64,000 bases of DNA, taken from Octopus vulgaris. Lineage: Eukaryota. The notes under the pieces are model-generated. The model worked only from the letters and a program-made list of their open reading frames with translations, was not told where the DNA came from and did not search any database. This document shows positions 54,101 to 64,000 of the stretch, piece by piece. Location: contig OX597815.1 of the NCBI GenBank assembly GCA_951406725.2, positions 90,520,001 to 90,584,000 of the forward strand, written 5' to 3'. Position 1 is the first letter of the stretch. Every line of letters starts with the position of its first letter. The position numbers were made by a program, and so were the translations under genes.

Positions 54101-54967
54101 TCACCTGGACCATTTGGCTGGTGAGCTTGTATTAGTAGCTACATCCCCTGTCCCTACGAGTTCTGCTTCTACATTCTCTGCATTCGCAGAATCATGGGTT
54201 TTTTCTACATTGAGAAGAATTACAGCTACGAACGAGCAGATGTTTATCTCTGGTGGAATGATGAGCATCCTAGCTTTGAATATTCTTCGATCAAGGTAAA
54301 TGAGGATGAGGATAAGTTCGTCACTTGTTAGGGTATGTGTCAAGTGATTTTTGGCCTTCCCTTTTTGGGTGAACCTCACTTCGACAGTCCCATATTTCTT
54401 CCCCTTGCTTATATACGTTTTGCACTTCCAAACTGGTTTAAGCGATTTTCGATTTGCTGCTTGGTCTTCTTTCTTACTTTTGGCTCTAATTGCTTTATTT
54501 AAAACAGTCCACAAAATAATTTCATGGACAGTTCTACCATAATTTTTTGTCATACATTTAGCACTTTTGAATTCATTTTCGTTTATAAAATTGTTTTGCC
54601 TGTTGCTCGCACAAACTCGCTTAGACTGGAGTTGCATGGTTCGATTCTTTATTTTTTCGGTAATGATGTTGCTGGTGGTGGTGGTGGTGGTGGTGGTGGT
54701 GGTGGTGGTAGTGCTGCTGCTGGTGTTGTTATTGTTTGTAGTCAGTGATTTCTTTGGTTCCCACAATGATGAAGGTGACGGTAAAACCAGAGGAAAATTT
54801 CTTTCATTGATTTCTCGTGTGCCATTTTCCATCTTGTTGTTGCTGCTGCTAGAGCAGTCGCTGACTTTTACGACTTTTCCGGAAGACCAGCTATACCTTT
54901 CAGCAGAGGCACTATTCTTGTTTGTAATTTTTAAAAAGATGTACGACGTCTTAGCCCAAACAAACAT
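54101..54967 (-). pseudogene. Probable decayed LINE ORF1-like reading frame with low-complexity insert
   Basis: 288-codon open frame with a poly-Thr microsatellite and a basic RRM-like segment KKYGTVEVRF; no recognisable host homology. Confidence 0.3.
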
Positions 54968-55291
54968 CAGAGAAAAACTGACCAGCTACCCAAGGTTCTG
55001 GATAGTTAATCTGATATGATTACAAATGTGTATTAATATGTGTAACAATAAATTTACGTGAGCGATTTGTAACATGTGTCGATAGACGAGCAATAATAAT
55101 GATAATCCATTGTACTATGATCACAAAGCTTGTAATTTGGAAGGAGGGGACTCGTCGATTACTTGGACCTCAGCACTTGACTGGAAATATGAAAGGCAAA
55201 ATCGACCTTGGCGGAATTTAAACTCGGAACATAAAGGCATTTTGCCCGGCGAATCAACGGTTCTGTAGGCTAGCTGCCTTAATAACAATAC

Positions 55292-55292
<1 letters not shown>

Positions 55293-55322
<30 letters not shown>

Positions 55323-55432
55323 AAGAAGAAGAAGAAGAAGAAGAAGAAGAAGAAGAAGAAGAAGAAGAAGAAGAAGAAGAAGAAGAAGAAGAAGAAGAAG
55401 AAGAAGAAGAAGAAGAAGAAGAAGAAGAAGAA
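55293..55432. repeat. (GAA)n microsatellite, about 46 units
   Basis: Direct inspection. Confidence 0.95.
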
Positions 55433-55435
55433 AAT

Positions 55436-56260
55436 AGAAGGTTTTATCTTGGCTGACCAAGATCAGAGCTTATTAAACAGGAACTATCAAGCCAATGTGA
55501 TGAAAACTTGTTTAGACCCAAAGTACCAATACTGCGACGACGGGATAGAAGCAGTCGATCACCTAATCTCTGGATGTAAGGTTTTAGCACCTGTAGTGTA
55601 CAAATCAAGACATGGCAGTGTTGGCTAATACCTACATTGGAGAAAATTTGAAATTGATGATAGACGGTACGTACACCACCCTGAGGCTGTAACTGAGGGA
55701 GAAAATGTAACTATTCCTTGGGACCTCCAGCATGCACAGACCAAACCGTCAAGGTAAACAAACCAGATAATGTTGGGAAAACAAAAACAATAGAATCTTT
55801 TTATTGATTGATATGAGCATACACTGTGACCATAGTATCTCGGCAAAAGAATTTGATAAGCGCAGAAAATATAAAGATTTGCTAATCGAAAAGATGTGAC
55901 ATCTCAAGACGAGTGCGATACCAGTCAGTGTAGGAGCACTTGGAATGATCAAAACAGGAACTGAAATTTTTTTAAGAATGATCCCTGGCTTACCATCCAT
56001 GCAAAAAGTGAAAAAAATTGTCTTAACTGGTACGATACATGTATGGAGAAGAGCATTGTCGCTGTGAATTTTCTTTCCCTTTACTCTTTATTTTCTTTGT
56101 TCATTTTTTTTTTCTGTCTTGTTACTCACTTTTCTCTATCACATGACTTTGTAAATGGACAGTTAGGTGTGTTTATTTTAATAGTCTACCAATGTATACG
56201 TTTCACTGCCCTGGGTACCAGAAAGACACCCGGTAAGAAAAGGAAACAGAACAGAAAGAT
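55436..56260 (+). mobile_element. Older degenerate copy of the Dong family at 26013-27390
   Basis: Colinear nucleotide similarity to 26560-27370 including the 3' UTR; stops and frameshifts. Confidence 0.85.
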
Positions 56261-56289
56261 GATAATGAAAATGATAATAATGATAATAG

Positions 56290-56570
56290 GGGGCTAGAGA
56301 GAGGCAAGATGGTGTGAGCACAAACTGCAGAGTGTGGAAGAGTCGGGGACTAGCAAAAACCTCTGAGATTTCCCATTCCAAATAGATCACGTGCTAGAGC
56401 ATAACAGACCGCTGCACCACATACGTTATATTGTTAAAATTGCATGCCTCTTTGACCCACGAATAGTGAAGAAGGAACGCGAAAACATAGAAATACAACC
56501 CGCTTAAGTACGAAATAGCCCAGCTATAGAAAATGAAGGTGAAGATAGTGCCAATTATTGTTGGGCATCA
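56290..56570 (+). mobile_element. RLE endonuclease fragment of another R4/Dong-like family
   Basis: DFPFQIDHVLEHNRP, IACLFDPRIVKKE, KYEIAQL, KIVPIIVG. Confidence 0.7.
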
Positions 56571-56854
56571 AGAGGAATATAAATGGCATAAACGGTGGTT
56601 TCTCTTCGATGCGTAGGCTAGATCCTAAGTACTTTTAATATATTATGTTTCTGTTAAATTTTGTTCTTAATTATTGTTTCATTATACATTGTTATTTCTG
56701 TGTAGTCACATGTGTATATTTTTAGATGTATGATATGTCACTTCTTTAACTGTACAAGTTCTTTCAGTGTTTCCCTCGTGTTTCTATCCCAAACACATTT
56801 TAAAGTCTTCTATTGAACGCAGATTACATTTTGCAGGCTTTCGACCCCTTTCGG

Positions 56855-57050
56855 TCTCATCCTCCTCGTCGTTGTCATCATCGTCATCACCTTCCTCCTC
56901 CATCCTCCCCATCGTCATCACCATCATTAGCAACAGCATTATCATAATCATCGTCATTGCTGTCGTCATTATCCTCATCCACATTATCCTCATCCTCATT
57001 ATCCTCATCATCATCATCCCCCTCATCATCATCCTCATCATCATCTTCAT
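56855..57050. repeat. Degenerate (CAT)n/(CCT)n trinucleotide tract
   Basis: Direct inspection; explains ORFs 56767-57159 and 56784-57188. Confidence 0.9.
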
Positions 57051-57956
57051 TTCATATATATTAGCATGGTGCAATGTATCTACAAAAGCTAGGAGAACTG
57101 TGTCTATGTATATCCATTTCAAATGGGAAACATATATTAAGGACATAACAGAACCATAAATATGCAAGCTGATAGCAACTTTATTCATTCTCTAAAATAA
57201 AGACGCCATGATTACGTGAGTCTACCTCTAATATCCATTCATTTTATTCTGGAAGAGGCGACAATTTCGGAATATTCTAGTGCATCTTTCATACATAATG
57301 AATATTGCAGCCTCTTCATTTTGAAAAGATGCCCACCTACTGATATTTATGTATATATAAATATATATTAGATTGACTGTATTTGTCACACTTGCATGTT
57401 ATACATAAAATATCCGTATTAAATGGGAAAACAATTGGTAATTTATTGTAAGTAAATCTAGGTAAATTTTATATTGAATCTTGTTTATGTTATATACATA
57501 ATTATTCGATGTGATCATGGTATCGCAAATAACAGAACGAGCATTTGCAGTAGTTTATACAGCTGCAGATTGGCTTTTCCACATCGCTGTACATAATATC
57601 ATAGCTGATTTCACATCAATTGAGAGTTAAAGCAGTATGAGGTATTGGGAAATTGATTGCAAGATTTAATGATACTACACAACATTACTGTGGTATTGTG
57701 TATGTTTGTAAGGTATATAATCGTCAAATGACGCTCAAGAAAGAGATAGTATGTTATTATTCGGTCGGTCATACAAATAACACTCTATAATCGATTATGA
57801 GTTTTAGCTGAATACACATATTTACCTCCTCCAATTGCACTGGAAAATCAGCATGTCATCCGATGATGCAGCTGAAATATGTTAATATCACCAAATGTTA
57901 AGGTGAATATAATTAAGGAAGCTACAGTTCATTACAATCATTATATACACGAAATT

Positions 57957-58003
<47 letters not shown>

Positions 58004-58004
58004 A

Positions 58005-58051
<47 letters not shown>

Positions 58052-58199
58052 TGTACGCATAGATGTAAATGGTTATCTTTGTTGAGGTTGCTAAGTAAGC
58101 ACATTCTCTTTGATGGCTTTCGTATATAGAGAAATACAATTTAAGCCATTCTCCAGAATATGTATAATTATCTGCGTGTTTATTTTGGAACTATCATTT

Positions 58200-61100
58200 T
58201 GAATACACTTGCATTGCTAGGAGTGATAATCTATCTCTATTGTATATTCATCCGAATAGCTACCTGCAGTTTATTCAACTTTCTTAGAAATAGATGTTTT
58301 CTACTCACATATCCGATTCTTTTTATAGAATACACTTCACTAAAGCAAAATTCTGAAAATACGGATGCATGTCACCTTAAGCAATTTTATGATGAAAATT
58401 ATCATTATCAACCATATTTAGCTTATGATACATATTTTGCTTGTTCTTCCTGTGTTAAAGACTCCGAATTCAAGAATTCTGCGAATCCATGATATACATA
58501 TCAATTGTATTTACTAAATCTAAATCCAAAATATGTGAATATATATATTGTGAAATGTTATATAAATATAATGTACCGAATAGTTATACGATTGTTGATG
58601 TAATTGAAAATATAGAGAGTAAGGAAATGATTTAAGTAATAAATCACAAGACAGGTTGTTTTAGTAGTAGGAAAATTGAATGAGAGGGTGTTTCAAACTT
58701 TTAGGCCTTATGATTTATATATATTGAATCTAGGAGGAATGAAATGTCCTAGAAATGATATATAACATGACAGCCGATAGGGTAGAATGAGATAGAAATT
58801 TTTGAAATATATTTCTTGTTATGAGGGAAGGGTAAAACATAAGATTAAGATGTATACACACAAAGGCAAGTCGTAAAGCCATTTGTGTAAGGCACAAGCA
58901 TTCAAATTGTGTGACAGAATATCAATGAATAAATAAAACTATTCGTTATTATTGTTCAAAGGAAGTAGTATTATATGCAGAATGTATCTGCAGACATGTA
59001 GCACATAACCATATGCTCAACAAAAATACGAGAGTGTGCGGAGATACTCGAATAGACAGTTCGTATAATGAGTAGGAAATATGTGTATATTGACTCAGTA
59101 TATATAAACAATTTTATTTATTACCAATTAGAATAATACGAGTTAAGGAAACTAAAGAATCATGCCTTCCAGAGTTTGGGAAGGAGAGGAAGAGTGGGGG
59201 AGAGGAAGGCGACGACTATGACGATGACAAAGAAGAAGATAAAAGAACAACAGCAACAGCAGCAGTAGTAATGCGTTTATAAACTATTTTGTTAAACGAA
59301 TCAGTACATTCAAAATTATACGTATAATCCGACAAATATGAGATTGATAAAACAAAAACGCAGAAAAATCTTACTATCAAGGCTTGCTTTGTCAGTCAAA
59401 ACTTGGAAACTTCATTATCAACAAACGAACAGCTCACAAGGTCTTATAGTTCAATATTCAACTATTTAATATAAGCTATTTGGACCTGTATTTTTTGTCT
59501 CCAAGTAAAACGCAAAATACTTTTAAGTGAAATGTTATTGGTGAAATTCTAAGATGGTATAGTCCATTGCTAGATACCTAATATACACCAATTTAGCTTT
59601 AATGATCTTTTACGTCCTCGGCTTTAATCCAAACTATCTTAAAACGTACATACAGAATTATACGTTATTTATTGCAGTTAACTCTGGAAGAGTATACACT
59701 ACTACAACGCAATAATTTATGTATGGCATAACGGCATATTTATATTCAGAACTAAAATTTTAACTGTCAGACGTTAAACAAGAAATATGATTTTCGTCCA
59801 AATAGTGTTTACTCTAAATCACAAAATACGGTTGATGTTTACAAAGTTTGATGCCATAATTCTGTTTAATTTCCTTCGATATTTCCAATGTTGAAAACCA
59901 TCAGGATTATATTCTTGTATTCATATAACATTCATGGAAAACAGTCTTATCGTTTTTGAGGGAACTGCTGCCTTTTTGTCTATATAAAATCAAACCATGG
60001 AATAAACACATACGACAAGTATAATATCAATCGCAGATACCTATATATTACATATCTTAATACACTGATTCCCCTAGTAAAAGTTTTCATCTTTAGTTAT
60101 GTAAATCCTATGTGAAATCATGAATGAATTGTTTGATCAATATAAAGTGTCTTGAAATGCAAAGATAAATATTTTACCGCTGAGTGATTCGAACGTATAT
60201 TTTTCTATATTTTAAATAAAGTCAGCTGTATGTTTCTATCACAGAAATTTCTCAATTGCAATGCATCTCAAAATTATGATTCCTTCACTTGATATGTAAT
60301 TTCTGTTAAAATAGCACCCTATAGCTGAAATGTAAGCAACGTTGAAATAGTTTCGAAATCGGTTTTTCCAGTTACATTTTTAGTAGGTTCATACTCAAAT
60401 GCCATAGATATATGGCCTATACAGCAGAGTTTTGGATTAGAGTAAATTCTCCAATTCTTCTGAAATATGAAAAACATAACAGCTCAACTGAATTTGTCTT
60501 TTCAACTGCGTCCTCTTATCGCCATCCCTTATGTATTTAAATGTACACTGTATATATATATATATATATATATATATTTGAGTAGTTGAATGAATTATCT
60601 TATTAAGGATAATTCGAATTAACCAATACATGGGTAGCAAATTCACATCAGAAAAAACACGGTTGAAGTTACGTGCCTAGGGCATAGATTGCTATGGGCT
60701 CCGTGTGAGCAATCATCTAAAAGTTTTTTGTGCATTTTGATGTTGACATAAGTTCCTTGCTTTTCCTGATGAGAAAGCGGCATAATGTACTCCTTGTTCC
60801 TTCGCAATTAGGAATATGCAACCTTCGAAACATATGTCGAAAATAAAGGAATTTTGTTAATTCGTCGTTCAACTCCATTCTTTCATATATTTATATTTTT
60901 ACTATATATATATATATATACAAGGACACTAGAGTTATAATATATCCTATTTAGATTTAATTGCAAAATATTGTCACATACACAAACATGCCAAGAGAAT
61001 AAAATCCTGCCAAATCTGTATGGCTCAACCTCCGTATTATCTTCTCTAAAACCAAATAGGAGACCATAAATAAGAATTAGTCTTTTTTGCTGCAAATATA

Positions 61101-61596
61101 AAATCTTGAAAGACATTTCAAACATGTATAATTTTCCCAATGGCTAAACACGACATTATCCCACCCACCTTCCCCTACGTTAGCAAAACAATCTTCATAC
61201 TAACAAGTAACAGAATAGCTTTCCATTTAACAAACTTTAACATAATTATTTGAATGTACTAGAATTATAAAGTATAATACACCACCTCAAGACTTCCAAG
61301 TAAGGAACCATTTGTAGGATCTACAAATCCTAATTTAATAGAAAACAACATTGAGAAACTTATACGTATTCCTAGATAGGACTACACGTCAACAACCAAA
61401 CAAATCATGTAGACACACGACTCATAATATTTCCCGCTTGGTATAAATTATACAGGTATAAATTATCTCTCTTTTTTTAAGTAAAGCAATTTTCCACCAG
61501 TTTTTGGTATATCCGGAATATATCCTGACTAATGTACACGTATACATTTGTGTGTGTGCACGTGTGTGCATGTATATGTGTGTGTGTATGTGTGTG

Positions 61597-61681
<85 letters not shown>

Positions 61682-63700
61682 TGTGTGAAGGAGGTATGCT
61701 AAAATCGAGCTGGACTTGTTATAGGACGAGTGCTCTGAATTCATTTATTGTTTCATTCATGTTTTGCGTTATAGTATCTCTTTTGTGGTCAAATAAATGT
61801 GCAATGACTACCGTTATGCTTAGAGCACCAGGTGGATTATCATACTAGAGATAAATTGAGAGGAAACAAGGTAGGGGGAAACAAAAGAAAAAAGCAATTA
61901 AGAGAGAAAAAAGTAATTTGGACAACCACAACAAAGGTAAACATGAATGTAAGAATGTCAAAATATTTGGCGGTATATTAGATGCTACTTAAATGTGATT
62001 GAAAATATATTCACAGAGTAATACCGATTTAGCTATGCATACGATTAAATTTCCTATTATATGATACTCTTGTTAATATGTAGTCTCGTTAATAATTCTT
62101 GGGTGGAGGAGTATAGTTCGTTTGGGACAAATAAATATCGAAATTAAGTTTCTTTCTCGTCTGTTGTCAAAGATTAGTTTAAATATGCTAATAGATATTT
62201 TCACTTATACCCAATTTAAAAGCAAATGCTTGCTTAAGTACATTGTTGTTAACGCAAGGTTTCGACTGATATACCCTCCAACCTTCATCAGGTGTTTCCT
62301 AAGGTGTTTTTCGATGTCATTATTATTATTACTATTATTCAGGTCAATGCCCGGAATCGAACTCAGAATCTTGGGGTTAGTACCCCGCGCTCTTAACCAC
62401 TACGCCATATGCCCGTGGGCAATTATGAAGTGCATTTTAGGGCTTATAAATCTAATATTTTCCTATCCTTCCTTAATACTGCTTCGCATATGCTATTCAT
62501 ATCTGCACTCGGTCTGCTTAGGAGGTTGTTGTGCCCTAACATATGTGCTCCTTCTTTTAGTTTTCGTATTGACAAATATCCATCAAAAGTTATTAATGTA
62601 AATAATGTCCATAATTTCTCATCTCTTAAATATAGAACTGTAATTGCTTAAGTATTTTAATATATTTCCAGTATATTTTCCAGCAATTTTGAGGATTCGA
62701 AATGTAGGTCATTTTACTCCAATGAAATTTATGATACATATGTTTTACTTTTGAGCTCCATAGGAGCATATATAACTGATTAAAATAGCTTTATTTTTTA
62801 TCGAAACATATTAGTTGAATCTATTGAATGATAGCGCATATTCGAAGATAGATATATGAATAGATAGAATGTTTATTGCACAGAACTGGAAAATTCGTGA
62901 TGTCCATAATGGATAATTTGATATGATATGATTAATGAAAAGTTTTAAGCATAAACGTATCGATCAAACTGTAACATGCAGACATTATATTGGAATATTT
63001 TCATGTTAAGCAAGAGCGTTTTAATGGTAAGCTGAAGTTCTATTATCTTGCTGAAATCAAACGTTGGTGCTATGGAATTGTGTTCGGAAAATGATAAGTT
63101 GCTTTGGCATCGTGATATCATGGGAAGGTGTGCTGCATTCGCATTATTGTAGTAAGATTTACGAACATTGTTGTCTAATACTGTACACTGATGTATTACA
63201 AGCTGCTATATCACGGTATATTACTAGAATCTAGAGTATTAATGTGTCTAATTACTGCTTTAAGAATACATAGAGTTTACAGTGCAGGTGGTTTGAAAAG
63301 AAGATGACGAAGTTGGGTATAAGTGAATAAAGGATGTTAAACTGAAGTGATTTAGGCATCTACTACATACTTTAGTACCAGAAAGAAATTCGTTCTATAT
63401 TTCACATTCCAGTACTATGATGAATCATCAAATAATATCAAACCATTTTTGGACCTTAGTTATGAATATCTTGAAAATTATAGATATATGAATTACTCAG
63501 AGATTCAGCTGCATTTCTTAAAAACTACTTTTCATTTCAGTTTTCTAAATCTCTCCCGCACAGTATATCTAAAAATATTGCTCGTAATTATTTGTAGACC
63601 TCGCCATTGATAGTCTTTACCACAAATCCAGCTGATTACAAATATTTAGCAATGATTTTTAATACCTTTGAATCTCCATCAAGAACGCATTTATAAAATT
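58200..63700 (-). mobile_element. Scattered relics of an ancient Helitron RepHel, interrupted by younger insertions
   Basis: In minus-strand order: KTINGEVY..LEN..NAA (about 63500-63625), FR...EGTR (about 60790-60850), AAVPSKND-like (about 59950-59975), AEFLNS..HKL..QVAIRM (about 58250-58485). This matches Helitron domain order; matched by eye. Confidence 0.4.
62245..62641 (-). mobile_element. Composite repeat: tRNA-like SINE head followed by hammerhead-like tail
   Basis: Minus strand TGGCGTAGTGG (A box) and GAGTTCGATTCC (B box) at 62345-62414, then AACAC CTGATGA aGGTTG gagggtatat CAGTC GAAA cc TT GCGTT at 62249-62296. Confidence 0.7.
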
Positions 63701-63778
63701 GTCTTTAAATAAAAACGTATACTTACGCATACATTCACACACACGAACAAAAACATCCACACATTGACAGATAGTTAC

Positions 63779-64000
63779 TATGTATGTATGTATGTATGTA
63801 TGTATGTATGTATGTATGTATGTATGTATGTATGTATGTTTGTATGTATGTAGGCAGACAGGTAGCCAGGCAGGCTGGTAGGTAGGTAGGTAGGTAGGTA
63901 GGTAGGTAGGTAGGTAGGTAGGTAGGTAGGTAGGTAGGTAGATAGGTAGGTAGGTAGGTAGGTAGGTAGGTTGATAGATAGATAGATAGATAGATAGATA
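63779..64000. repeat. Compound tetranucleotide microsatellite (TATG)n-(TAGG)n-(TAGA)n
   Basis: Direct inspection. Confidence 0.95.

Noticed and set aside
60760-60790. CTGATGAGAAA hammerhead-like string
   Set aside because: No stem II, stem I or NUH context; chance match.
62345-62414. Functional tRNA gene (also the heads at 18500-18574 and 28680-28750)
   Set aside because: No proper acceptor stem or terminator, and each is fused to a repeat body; these are SINE heads.

Overview
AT-rich, microsatellite-saturated eukaryotic genomic DNA. The SINE and LINE repertoire looks cephalopod (octopus-like); that is my recognition, not a database result. I found no host protein-coding exon I can support, and most of the ORF track is microsatellite artefact (YIYI, HTHT, poly-I/N/L/Y). 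The window is a layered transposon graveyard: ancient Helitron RepHel relics, a Tc1 element with long TIRs, a maT/DD37D element, three mariner relics, MITEs, tRNA-derived SINEs, RTE LINEs, two young 5'-truncated R4/Dong retrotransposons in (TAA)n tracts plus older RLE fragments, and several Penelope-like element (PLE) fragments. The most notable signal is non-coding: several unrelated repeat families carry type I hammerhead ribozyme motifs. The best case is a highly base-paired 362-nt unit present as 1.33 tandem copies (8318-8797). It carries a complete minus-strand hammerhead with a compensatory U3-A8 core pair, making it a retrozyme or circular-RNA candidate. A second array of about 427-nt units (27486-28337) has three hammerhead copies, and a tRNA-headed SINE has a hammerhead-like tail. 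One Dong insertion also has a 5' junction apparently templated from DNA about 1.1 kb away.
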